DNA from: Isurus oxyrinchus
Lineage: Eukaryota
Length of the DNA stretch: 64,000 bases
Direction of reading: 5' to 3'
NCBI GenBank assembly: GCA_026770705.1
Contig: JANJGN010000021.1
Location: 98,890,001-98,954,000 of the forward strand
The position numbers and the translations under genes are program-made. Below are positions 48,401-60,784 of this stretch, one piece after another; position 1 is the stretch's first letter, and the number at the start of each line of letters is the position of its first letter. Under the pieces are notes generated by a model. The model did not search any database, was not told the origin of the DNA, and worked only from the letters and a program-made list of their open reading frames with translations.

Positions 48401-51400
48401 CTAACACGAGGGCCTGTTCACCGTTACACACTCCCTGTAAACATGGGTCACACTGTAACATGAGGGCTTGTCACCCTTACACACTCCCTGTCAACTCGGT
48501 TCACCCTCCAACACGAGGGTGTGTTCACCTCTACCCACACCATGTGAGACTGGGTAACACAAACACAAGGGTGTTCACCATTACACACTCACTGTGAGCC
48601 CGGGTCACTCTCTAACATGAGTGTGTGTTCACTATTACACACTCCCTGTGAACCCGGGTCGCTGTCTAACATGAGCGTGTGTTCACCATTACACACTCAC
48701 TGTGAACCTGGGTCACTCTCTAACATGAGGGCGTCTTCACCGTTACTCACCCACTATGTACCTGGGTAAACACGAACATGAGGGTCTGTTCACTATTACA
48801 CACTCACTGTGAGCCTGGGTCACTCTCTAACATGAGGGTGTGTTCATCATTACACACTCCTTGTGAGCCTGGGTCACTCCCTAACACGAGAGCGTGTTCA
48901 CCTTTACACACACCCTGTGAAACCAGGTCACTCTCTAAAACAAGGGTGTCTTCACCATCACACACCTAGTGTGAACCTGGGTTACTCTCTAACACGAGGG
49001 CGTGTTCACCGTTACACACTCCCTACGAACCCGGGTCACACTGTAACACGAGCGCTTGTCACAGTTACAAACTCAGTTCACCCACCAACACGAGGGTGTG
49101 TTCACCTTTACCCAGACCATGTGAGAATGGGTCACCCTCTAACATGAGTGTGTGTTCCCCATTACACACTCCCTGTGAACCCGGGTCACTCTCTAACACG
49201 AGGGTGTGTTCACCATCACACACTCCCTGAGAACACAAGAAAGTGTTCACCCTTACACACCCACTGTGAACCCAAGTCACTCTCTGACACGAGGGTGTGT
49301 TCCCCATTACACACTCCCTGTGAACCTGGGTCACTCTCTAACACGAGAAAATGTTCACAGTTACACACCCACTGTGAACCCAGGTCACCCTCTAACACGA
49401 GGGTGTGCTCACCATTACACACCCCGAGTGAATCCGGCTCACTGTCTAACATGAGGGTGTGTTCACCCTTACACACCCACTGTGAACCCGGGTTCATCAC
49501 TAACATGAGGGTGTGTTCACTGTTACACATGCCTTGTGAACCTCGGTCACACTCTAACATGAGGGTGTGTTCACCCTTACACACCCACTGTGAACCCGGG
49601 TTAATCACTAACATGAGGGTGTGTTCACTGTTACACACTCCCAGTGAACCCGGGTCACTCTCTAGCATGAGGGTGTCTTCACCATTATACACTCCCTGTG
49701 AACCTGGGTCACCTCTAACACAAGGGCGTGTTCACCGTTACACATCCACTGTGAACCCGGGTCACTCTCTAACACGAGGGCGTATTCACCATTACAGACC
49801 CACTGTGAACCTGTGTAACACGAAGATGAGGGTGTGTTCACCATTACACATTCACTGTAAGCCTGGATCACTCTCTAACACGACGGCGTGTTCACTGTTA
49901 GACACACCCTGTGAAACCGGGTCACTCTCTAACACTTGAGTGTCTTCACCGTCATACACTTAGTGTGAACCGGGGTCACTCTCTAACACGAGGGTGTTCA
50001 CCGTAACACACTCCATGTGAACTCGGTTCACCCTCCAACACGAGGGCTTGTTCACCGTTACACACTCCATGTGAGCCCGGGTCACTCTCTAACATGAGCG
50101 TGTGTTCACCATTACACACTCCCTTGAACCCGGGTCACACTCTAACACGAGGGTGCGTTTACCATTACACACTTGCTGAGAACCTGGGTCATTCTCTACC
50201 ACGAGTAACACACCCACTGTGAACCTGAGTCACTCTCGAACACGAGGGCGTGTTCATCGTTACACACGCACTGTGAACCCGCGTCACTCTCTGACACGAG
50301 GGTGTGTTCCCCATTACACACTCCCTATGAACTCAGGACACTCTCTAACAGGAGGGTGTTCACCATTAGACACTCCCTGTGAACCTGGGTCTTTCTCTAA
50401 ATGAGGGTGTGTTCAGTGTTACACACCCAGTGTGAACCTAGGTAACATGAACACGAGGTGAGTTCACCATTACACACTCCCTGTGAGCCCAGGTCACTCT
50501 CTAACACAAGTGTGTGTTCACCCTTACACACCCACTGTGAACCCAGGTCACTCTCTGACACGAGGGTGTGTTCCCCATTACACAGCCCGAGTGAATCCGG
50601 CTCACTCTCTAACATGAGGGTGTGTTCACCGTTACATACGCCTTGTGAACCTCGGTCACACTCTAACATGAGGGTGTGTTCACCCTTACACACTCTCGGT
50701 GAACCCGGGTCACTATCTAGCATGAGGGTGTCTTCACCATTATACACTCCCTGTGAACCTGGGTCACCTCTAACACAAGGCCGTGTTCTCCGTTACACAC
50801 CCACTGTGAACCCAGGTCCCTCTCTAACACGAGGGCGTGTTCACCATTACAGACCCACTGTGAACCTGTGTAACACGAAGATGAGGGTGTGTTCACCATT
50901 ACACATTCATTGTGAGCCTGGGTCACTCTCTAACACGACGGCGTGTTCACCGTTAGACACACCCTGTGAAACCGGGTCACTCTCTAACACTTGGGTGTCT
51001 TCACCGTCATACACTTAGTGTGAACCGGGGTCACTCTCTAACACGAGGGTGTGTTCACCATTACACAGGTCCCTGTGAACTCGGTTCACCCTCCAACACG
51101 AGGTCTTGTTCACCATTACACACTCCACGTGTGCCTGGGTAACACGAACACTAGGGTGAGTTCACCATTACACACTCCCTGTGAGTCCGGGTCACTCTCT
51201 AACATGAGCGTGTGTTCACCATTACACACTCCCTGTGAACCTGGGTCATACTGTAACACGAGGATGCGTTTACCATTACACACTTGCTGTGAACCTGGGT
51301 CATTCTCTACCACGAGTAACACACCTACTGTGAACCCAGATCACTCTCTAATACGAGGACGTGTTCATCGTTACACACGCACTGTGAACCCAGGTCACTC

Positions 51401-52325
51401 TCTAATACAAGGATGTGTTCACCATTAAACACTCACTGTGAACCTGCGTCACTCTCTGACACGAGAGTGTGTCCCCCATTACACACTCCATGTGAGCCCG
51501 GATCACTCTCTAATACTTGGGTGTGTTCATCATTACACACTCCCTATGAACTCAGGACACTCTCTAACAGGAGGGTGTTCACCATTAAACACTCCCTGTG
51601 AACCCGCGTCACTCTCTGACACGAGAGTGTGTTCCCCATTACACACTCCCTATGAATCCGGGTCACTTTCTAATATTTGGGTGTGTTCATCATTACACAC
51701 TCCCTATGAACTAAGGTCACTCTCTAACAGGAGGGTGTTCACCATTAAACACTCCCTGTGAACCTGGGTCTTTCTCTAACATGAGGGTGTGTTCAGTGTT
51801 ACACACCCAGTGTGTACCTAGGTAACATGAACACGAAGTGAATTCACGATTACACACTCCCTGTGAGCCCGGGTCACTCTCTAACATGAGAGTGTGTTCC
51901 CCATTACACACTCCCTGTGAACCCAGGTCACTCTCTATCACGAGGGTGTGTTCACCATTACACACTCCCTGTGAACCCAGGTCACTCTCTATCACGAGGG
52001 TGTGTTCACCATTACACACTCCCTGTGAGCCCGGGTCACTCTCTAACATGAGAGTGTGTTCACCATTACACACCCACTATGAACCCGGGTCACTCTCTAA
52101 CACAAGTGTATGTTCACCCTTACACACCCACTGTGAACCCAGGTCACTCTCTGACACGAGGGCGTGTTCACCATTACACGCTCCCTGTGAACTCGGGTCA
52201 CGCTCTGATGCAAGGGTCTGTTCACCCTTACACACCCACTGTGAACCCGGTTCAATCTCTGACTCGAGGGTGTGTTCACCATGACACACTCCCTGTGAAC
52301 GTGGGTCACACTAACACGAGCGTGC
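45468..52325. repeat. 54-bp minisatellite, ~125 copies (AACACGAGGGTGTGTTCACCATTACACACTCCCTGTGAACCCGGGTCACTCTCT)
   Basis: Occupies almost the whole alpha1-alpha2 intron and gives the NTRVCSPLHTPCEPGSLS ORFs. Confidence 0.97.
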
Positions 52326-52331
52326 ACTAAC

Positions 52332-52596
52332 CATTCTTGTCGCTGTGTGTTCGCTGTGTTGCTATCTTTACATTGGCGAGGGACAGCTTCTCCCGATCGA
52401 CCAATCTCTGTGTCTCTTGATCCCAATACTCCTGCTGCAGTGATGAGTTCATCCACGGTTGCCGTGGGACGTCTTTCTTGCTGTGGCTGTCATAGTAGGT
52501 TATCTGCACACCGTCGAGAACACCAACATGAATGAACTCAGGGAGGTCCCCACTGTTAAGCATTGTGGGTATAGTAATACCTGAGGGAGTGCGACT
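52332..52596 (-). CDS. Gene B alpha1 exon, 265 nt (1-nt insertion)
   Basis: tttggcag|AGTCGCACTCCCTCAGGTATTAC gives SHSLRYYYT. The frame then shifts to TMLNSGDLPEFIHVGVLDGVQITYYDS...PRQPWM...EYWDQETQR. Donor G|GTTAGT. Confidence 0.9.
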
Positions 52597-52809
52597 CTGC
52601 CAAAGGCAAAAAAACATAGCGGATTCAGAATGGGAGCTTCACACATGATGGCTCTACCACTTACCTGTACCCCTGCCCCTCCTCCTGGCTAGGTCATTCC
52701 AAACAAGGGCAGGTAATTCCCATCTGAATGGGAGAGTTTACAAATCAATGCTGAAATAATTAAACCAAATGAAATGCAACTAAAGAAACGACCATGAGAG
52801 GTTCCAAAA

Positions 52810-55800
52810 AGGGGAGGGAAGGTGGGAGAGAAAGGGAGAGGAGGGGGGAGAGAGAGAGAGAAAGGGGGAGGAGGGCAAAGGGAGAAAGGGGAATGGGGGG
52901 GAGGGAGCGATAGGGGGAGGGAGGGGGAGAGAGAGAAAGGGGGAGGGAGGGGTCGGGGCAGAGGGAGAGAGAAAGGGGGGGGGGAGGGGGAGAGGGAGGG
53001 GGAGGGGGAGAAAGAGGGAGAGAGGGAGGGGAAAAATAGGAAGAAAGGGGGAGCGGGAGATTGAGGGAGAAAGGGGGAGGGAGAGAAAGAGGCAGGGGGA
53101 GGGGAGAGGGGGGAGAAAGAGGGAGGGGAGGGGGTGGGAGAGAAAGAGGGAAGGGAGAAAGAGGGAGGGGGAGAAAAGAGGGAGGAGGCGGGAGGGGGAG
53201 AAATAGGGAGAAGGGGGAGCAGGAGGTTGACGGAGAAAGGGGGAGGGAGAGAAAGAGGGAGAAGGGGGAGGGGAGAAGGGAGAGGGGAGAAAGGAGAAAG
53301 GGGGAGGGGAAGGGGGAGGGGGAGAAATGGGGAGGCGGAGGGCGTTAATGGGGAGGGGGAGTGGGAAAAGGTGGGGAGGGGGAAAGGGGGGGAAGGGGGA
53401 GGGGAGGGGGGAAAGGGGAGGGGGAGAAAGGGGAGGAGGATGGGGAGGGGGAGATGGAGGGGGGAGAGGCAGGGGAGGAAGGGGAAGTAGTAGGGGCAGA
53501 AAGGGGGAGGGGGAGAAAGGGGGAGGCGAGGGGAAAAAGGGGTGGGGTAGGGGAGGGTGAGGGTGAGACCGAGGGAGGGGGAGAAAGAGAAAGGGGGAGA
53601 GGGAGGGGGCAAAAGAGGGAGGTTGAGTGGGAGAAAGAGGGAGGGGGGAGAAAGGGGGAGGGGGTGGGGGATGTCGAGAAAGAGGGAGGGAGAGGGGGAG
53701 GGGGAGAAAGAGGGAAGGGGGCAGGAGTGGGAGGGGGATGGGGAGAAAGAGGGAGGAGTAGGAGGAGAAAGGGGAGGGGGAGAAAGAGGGAGGGGGAGGG
53801 GCTGGGAGAGAAAGAGGGAGGGGAGAAAGAGGGAGGGGGAGAAAAGAGGGAGGGGGCGGGAGGGGGAGAAATAGGGAGCAGAAGGTTGAGGGAGAAAGGG
53901 GNNNNNNNNNNNNNNNNNNNNNNNNNNNNNNNNNNNNNNNNNNNNNNNNNNNNNNNNNNNNNNNNNNNNNNNNNNNNNNNNNNNNNNNNNNNNNNNNNNN
54001 NNNNNNNNNNNNNNNNNNNNNNNNNNNNNNNNNNGGGAGGGTAGAAAGAGGGAGGAGTAGGGGGAGAAAGAGGGAGGAGTAGGGGGAGAAAGTGGGAGGG
54101 GGTGAAGGGGGGAAGGGGAGAGAGGGGAAAGAGGGAGAGGGAGGGGAGGGGGAGGGGGAGAAAGAGGGAGGGAGGGTGAGGGGTAAGGGGAGAAAGAGGG
54201 AGGATAGAAAGAGGGAGGGGAGGGGGAGAAAGAGGGAGGGTGATGGGGCGGGGGAGGCGGAGAAAGACTCAGGGGAGGGGGAGAAAGAGGGAGGTGTAGG
54301 AGATGACAGAGGGAGGTGGAGTGGGAGAAAGAGGGCAGGGGAGGGGAGACAGAGGGAGGGGATGGGGAGACAGAGGGAGGGAAGAGGGAGAAAGATGGAG
54401 GGGAGGTGAAAAAAAGGGAGGTGAAAAAAGAGGGAGGGGGTAGGGAGGGGAGAATGAGGGACGGAGGGGGAGACGGGGGAGGGGCAGATGAGGGAGGGTG
54501 AGGGAAGACAGAGAGAAGGGGAGGGGGAGAAAGAGGGAGGGGGAGGGGACAGGGAGAAAGTGGGGAGGAGAGGGGAGAATGAGGGACAGGAGGAGGAGAC
54601 GGGGGGAGGGGAAGACAGAGGGAAAGGGAGACAGAGGGAGGGGGAGCTGGAGGCAGAGGGAGGGGAGGTGGAGAAAGAGGAAGGGGAGAAAGAGGGAGGG
54701 GAGGGGGAGAAAGAGGGAGGGGAGGGGGAGACAGAGGGAGGGGAGGGGGAGACAGAGGGAGGGAAAGGGGATGGGGAGAAAGGGGGGAGGGGGAGGGGGA
54801 GAAAGAGGGAGGGGGAGGGGGAGAAAGAGGGAGGGGGAGGGGGAGAAAGAGGGAGGGGGAGGGGGAGAAAGAGGGAGGGGTGGGGGAGGGGGAGAAAGAG
54901 GGAGGGGTGGGGGAGGGGAGGGGGAGGGGGAGAAAGAGGGAGGGGGAGGGGAGAAAGAGGGAGGAGTAGGGGGAGAAAGAGGGAGGAGTAGGGGGAGAAA
55001 GTGGGAGGGGGTGAAGGGGGGAAGGGGAGAGGGGGGAAAGAGGGAGAGGGAAGGGGAGGGGGAGAAAGAGGGAGGGAGGGTGAGGGGTAAGGGGAGAAAG
55101 AGGGAGGGTAGAAAGAGGGAGGGGAGGGGGAGAAAGAGGGAGGGTGATGGGGCGGGGGAGGCGGAGAAAGACTCAGGGGAGGGGGAGAAAGAGGGAGGTG
55201 TAGGAGATGACAGAGGGAGGTGGAGTGGGAGAAAGAGGGCAGGGGAGGGGAGACAGAGGGAGGGGATGGGGAGACAGAGGGAGGGAAGAGGGAGAAAGAT
55301 GGAGGGGAGGTGAAAAAAAAGGGAGGTGAAAAAAGAGGGAGGGGGTAGGGAGGGGAGAATGAGGGACGGAGGGGGAGACGGGGGAGGGGCAGATGAGGGA
55401 GGGTGAGGGAAGACAGAGAGAAGGGGAGGGGGAGAAAGAGGGAGGGGGAGGGGACAGGGAGAAAGTGGGGAGGAGAGGGGAGAATGAGGGACAGGAGGAG
55501 GAGACGGGGGAGGGGAAGACAGAGGGAAAGGGAGACAGAGGGAGGGGGAGCTGGAGGCAGAGGGAGGGGAGGTGGAGAAAGAGGAAGGGGAGAAAGAGGG
55601 AGGGGAGGGGGAGAAAGAGGGAGGGGAGGGGGAGACAGAGGGAGGGGAGGGGGAGACAGAGGGAGGGGAGGGGGATGGGGAGAAAGGGGGGAGGGGGAGG
55701 GGGAGAAAGAGGGAGGGGGAGGGGGAGAAAGAGGGAGGGGTGGGGGAGAAAGAGGGAGGGGTGGGGGAGGGGGAGAAAGAGGGAGGGGTGGGGGAGGGGA

Positions 55801-58800
55801 GGGGGGAGGGGGAGAAAGAGGGAGGGGGAGGGGAGAAAGAGGGAGGAGTAGGGGGAGAAAGAGGGAGGAGTAGGGGGAGAAAGTGGGAGGGGGTGAAGGG
55901 GGGAAGGGGGGAGAGGGAAGGGGAGGGGGAGAAAGAGGGAGGGAGGGTGAGGGGTAAGGGGAGAAAGAGGGAGGGTAGAAAGAGGGAGGGGAGGGGGAGA
56001 AAGAGGGAGGGTGATGGGGCGGGGGAGGCAGAGAAAGACTCAGGGGAGGGGGAGAAAGAGGGAGGTGTAGGAGATGACAGAGGGAGGTGGAGTGGGAGAA
56101 AGAGGGCAGGGGAGGGGAGACAGAGGGAGGGGATGGGGAGACAGAGGGAGGGAAGAGGGAGAAAGATGGAGGGGAGGTGAAAAAAAAGGGAGGTGAAAAA
56201 AGAGGGAGGGGGTAGGGAGGGGAGAATGAGGGACGGAGGGGGAGACGGGGGAGGGTGAGGGAAGACAGAGAGAAGGGGAGGGGGAGAAAGAGGGAGGGGG
56301 AGGGGACAGGGAGAAAGTGGGGAGGAGAGGGGAGAATGAGGGACAGGAGGAGGAGACAGGGGGAGGGGAAGACAGAGGGAAAGGGAGACAGAGGGAAGGG
56401 GAGCTGGAGGTGGAGAAAGAGGAAGGGGAGGTGGAGAAAGAGGAAGGGGAGAAAGAGGGAGGGGAGGGGGAGAAAGANNNNNNNNNNNNNNNNNNNNNNN
56501 NNNNNNNNNNNNNNNNNNNNNNNNNNNNNNNNNNNNNNNNNNNNNNNNNNNNNNNNNNNNNNNNNNNNNNNNNNNNNNNNNNNNNNNNNNNNNNNNNNNN
56601 NNNNNNNNNNNNNNNNNNNNNNNNNNNNNNNNNNNNNNNNNNNNNNNNNNNNNNNNNNNNNNNNNNNNNNNNNNNNNNNNNNNNNNNNNNNNNNNNNNNN
56701 NNNNNNNNNNNNNNNNNGGAGGGGAAGAGGGGGGAGGGGGACGCAGGGAGGGGGAGACAGAGGGAGAGGAAAGGGGGAGGGGGAGAAAGAGGGAGGGGGG
56801 AGGGGGAGAAAGAGATGAAAAAAAGTGAGGGTAGAAAGAGGGAGGAGGTGGGGAGGGTGAGAAAGAGGGAGGGGGAGGGGTAGAAAAAGGAGGAGGGGAG
56901 GGCAGACAGGGGAGGGGGAGACAGGAGGATGGTGAGATGGGGGAAGGGGAGACAGAGGGAGGAGGAAGGGGAGAAAGAGAGAGGGGAGGAGTAGAAATAG
57001 GGAGGGGAGGGGGAGAAAGAGGGAGAGGGAGAGAGAGGGATAGAGAGGGGGAGAAAGTGGTAAGGGAAGAAGAGGAGTGGGATGGGGGAAGATGGAGAGG
57101 GAGGGGGTGAAAGAGGGAGAGGGAGGGGGAGAAAGCAGGAGAAGGAGGGAGGGGAGGGGGAGAAAGAGGGAGGGGAGCAGTAGAAATAGGGAGGGGAGGG
57201 GGAGAAAGAGAGAGGGGAGCAGTAGAAATAGGGAGGGGAGGGGGAGAAAGAGGGAGAGGGAGAGAGAGGGATAGAGAGGGGGAGAAAGTGGTAAGGGAAG
57301 AAAGAGGGAGTGGGATGGGGGAAGATGGAGAGGGAGGGGGTGAAAGAGGGAGAGGGAGGGGGAGAAAGCAGGAGAAGGAGGGAGGGGAGGGGGAGAAAGC
57401 AGGAGAAGGAGGGAGGGGAGGGGGAGAAAGAGGGAGGGGAGCAGTAGAAATAGGATAGGGAGGGGAGGGGGAGAAAGAGGGGAGAGGGAGAGAGAGGGAT
57501 AGGGAGGGGGAGAAAGTGGTAAGGGAAGAAAGAGGGAGTGGGATGGGGGAAGATGGAGAGGGAGGGGGAGAAAGAGGGAGGGGGGAGGGGGAGAAAGCAG
57601 GGAGAAAGAGGGAGGGGGAGGGGGAGAAAGAGGGAGGGGGAGGGGAGAAAGAGGGAGGGGGAGGGGGAGAAAGAGGGAGGGGGAGGGGGAGAAAGAGGGA
57701 GGGGAGGGGGAGAAAGAGGGAGGGGAGGGGGAGAAAGAGGGAGGGGGAGGGGGAGAAAGAGGGAGGGGAGGGGGAGAAAGAGGGAGGGGGAGGGGGAGAA
57801 AGAGGGGAGGGGGAGGGGGAGAAAGAGGGGAGGGGAGGGGGAGAAAGANNNNNNNNNNNNNNNNNNNNNNNNNNNNNNNNNNNNNNNNNNNNNNNNNNNN
57901 NNNNNNNNNNNNNNNNNNNNNNNNNNNNNNNNNNNNNNNNNNNNNNNNNNNNNNNNNNNNNNNNNNNNNNNNNNNNNNNNNNNNNNNNNNNNNNNNNNNN
58001 NNNNNNNNNNAGGGGGAGAAAGAGGGAGGGGGAGGGAGTGAAAGAGGGAGGGGGAGGGAGTGAAAGAGGGAGGGGGGAGGGAGTGAAAGAGGGAGGGGGA
58101 GGGAGTGAAAGAGGGTGGGGGAGGAGGAGAAAGAGAGGTGGGGGAGGGGGAGAAAGATGTAGAGGGAGGGGGAGAAAGGGGAGGCACAGTGAGGGGATGA
58201 AAGAGAAAGGGAGAGGGAGGGGAAGAAAGAGGGAGGGGAAGAAAGAGGGAAGGACAGGGAGGAAGAGAAAGAGGGAAGGAAAGAGGGAGGGAAATGGAGG
58301 AAGAGAAAGTGTGAGGGGTGGGGGAGAGAAAGTAAGAGGTGGAAGGAGGGAGAGAAAGAGGGAGAAAGTTGAAGTGGTAGGCATGGGGAGAAAGAGGGAG
58401 GGGGAGTGAGGGGAAGAAGAGAGAGGGAGGGAGAAGGAGGGAGAGGGAGGGAGGGGGAGAAAGAAGAGGGAGGTGGAGGGAGGAGAGAGATGGAGGGACA
58501 GGGAAGGGGGAGTGGGAGGGTGAGGAGGGGGAGAGGGAGAAGGGGAGAAGGTGGAGTGTGAGGGGGGGAGCAGGGCGCGAGGGAGGGGGGAGCAGGGCGC
58601 GAGGGAGGGGGGAGCAGGGCGCGAGGGAGGGGGGGAGCAGGGCGCGAGGGAGGGGGGAGCAGGGCGCGAGGGAGGGGGGAGCAGGGCGCGAGGGAGGGGG
58701 GAGCAGGGCGCGAGGGGAGGGGGGAGCAGGGCGCGAGGGAGGGGGGAGCAGGGCGCGAGGGAGGGGGGAGCAGGGCGCGAGGGAGGGGGGAGCAGGGCGC

Positions 58801-60345
58801 GAGGGAGGGGGGAGCAGGGCGCGAGGGAGGGGGGAGCAGGGCGCGAGGGAGGGGGGGAGCAGGGCGCGAGGGAGGGGGGAGCAGGGCGCGAGGGAGGGGG
58901 GAGCAGGGCGCGAGGGAGGGGGGAGCAGGGCGCGAGGGAGGGAGGGGGGAGAAGGGCGCGAGGGAGGGGGGAGAAGGGCGCGAGGGAGGGGGGAGAAGGG
59001 CGCGAGGGAGGGGGGAGAAGGGCGCGAGGGAGGGGGGAGAAGGGCGCGAGGGAGGGGGGAGAAGGGCGCGAGGGAGGGGGGAGAAGGGCGCGAGGGAGGG
59101 GGGAGAAGGGCGCGAGGGAGGGGGGAGAAGGGCGAGAGGGAGGGGGGAGAAGGGCGAGAGGGAGGGGGGAGAAGGGCGAGAGGGAGGGGGGGAGAAGGGC
59201 GAGAGGGAGGGGGGAGAAGGGCGAGAGGGAGGGGGGAGAAGGGCGAGAGGGAGGGGGGAGAAGGGCGAGAGGGAGGGGGGAGAAGGGCGAGAGGGAGGGG
59301 GAGAAGGGCGAGAGGGAGGGGGGGAGAAGGGCGAGAGGGAGGGGGGAGAAGGGCGAGAGGGGAGGGGGGAGAAGGGCGAGAGGGAGGGGGAGAAGGGCGA
59401 GAGAGGGAGGGGGAGAAGGGCGAGAGGGAGGGGGGAGAAGGGCGAGAGGGAGGGGGGAGAAGGGCGAGAGGGAGGGGGGAGAAGGGCGAGAGGGAGGGGG
59501 GGAGAAGGGCGAGAGGGAGGGGGGGAGAACGGCGAGAGGGAGGGGGGGAGAAGGGCGAGAGGGAGGGGGGGGAGAAGGGCGAGAGGGAGGGGGGGAGAAG
59601 GGCGAGAGGGAGGGGGCAGAAGGGCGAGAGGGAGGGGGCAGAAGGGCGAGAGGGAGGGGGCAGAAGGGCGAGAGGGAGGGGGGAGAAGGGCGAGAGGGAG
59701 GGGGGAGAAGGGCGAGAGGGAGGGGGGAGAAGGGCGAGAGGGAGGGGGGAGAAGGGCGAGAGGGAGGGGGAGAAAAAGGGAGGGGGAGAAGACAGAGGGG
59801 AAGGGAGAGGGTATAGGGGGGAGGGAAATGGCATCGGGGGTGTTGTGGGATAGAGGGGGGAGGGGTTAGAAGTGGTGGGGGAGGGGATAGCAGTGGTGGG
59901 GGTAGAGGGGGAGGGAGAAGGGATGGAGGGGGGTGGAGGGGGATGGGATAGAGGGGGAGAGAGTAGAAGAGGGGAGATTAGAGGGGGAGTGGAGATTAGA
60001 GGGGGAGGGGAGGAAACGGGAGGGGAGAGAGGGTGAGGGGAGGGTAGAAGAGGGGCAGTTTGAAAGGGGGTGAGAGGAGAGGAAGAGTGAGGGGGCAAGG
60101 GGGAGAAAGGGGGAAAATGGGAGATGGCAGGAAGGGGAGAGAGGGGGAGGAGATATGGTGAGGAGGGAGGGAGAGGCAGGAGGGAGTGGGGAAGGGGAGA
60201 GAGGGTGAAAGGGAGAGAAGGGGAGGGAAAGGAGCAAGGGGGTGGCGGAAGGTGATTGGGAGTGGAGGTAGGATGAGGGGGTAGGGGTCAGGAGGGGGGT
60301 TAGGGGTCAGGAGGGGGGTTAGGGGTCGGAGAGGGGAGAAGGAGA
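52810..60345. repeat. ~7.5-kb polypurine (GA-rich) tract with assembly gaps at 53902-54034, 56478-56717 and 57849-58010; includes a 22-bp array at 58560-59770
   Basis: Visible directly. Confidence 0.97.
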
Positions 60346-60784
60346 AATGGCCAGAGGAATGGAAGTGCCTACAGAGAGGCAATCGCCCTGTTAAAGACAA
60401 TTGTTAGTTAAACAGGTGATGGACATTGATTATCCCATTTAAATGGAATAAAGAGATACAGCTGGAACACTTTGTAAGGAAGCTGCTTGGAAATCAGCAG
60501 CACTGAGGAGCTGTTTGAAAATAAACCAGCTTGAACCAAAGGACAAGTGAGAGCAAGTGGAGACAAAATAGGAGGAAAAAGAGAGTGGTAGAATGGAGGA
60601 GGGGAGAGGGTCTGAGGGAATTATAGAGTAGGGGAGTGGCGGAGAGTGGAGGGGGCAGGTGAGAGAGTGGATAAAAGCTGGAGGAAGATGAGGCGGAGTT
60701 GGGAGTGGAAAGAGAGATGGAGGGGAGAATAAGAGGTCTTGATAAAATGGGATGGGATGGGATGGGATGGGATGGGAAAAGGAG

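Larger units (their letters stand above)
36742..52596 (-). pseudogene. MHC class I gene B (peptide-binding-type nonclassical, UDA-like candidate), frameshifted as assembled; leader exon not found
   Basis: Six exons with canonical splice sites. A +1 indel in alpha1 and a -1 indel in alpha3 break the frame. Confidence 0.65.

Noticed and set aside
45468-52325. Cys/His-periodic ORFs resembling zinc fingers
   Set aside because: An 18-codon satellite with frequent stops and frameshifts, intronic and antisense to gene B, with no C2H2 spacing.
52665-52740. Gene B leader exon ending at CAG|GTAAGT (52664)
   Set aside because: The phase-1 frame has no ATG and no hydrophobic signal peptide (LVWNDLARRRGRGT).
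54269-60098. 1371-aa and 1352-aa Pro/Ser/Leu ORFs
   Set aside because: Translations of the polypurine/polypyrimidine tract that run through N gaps.
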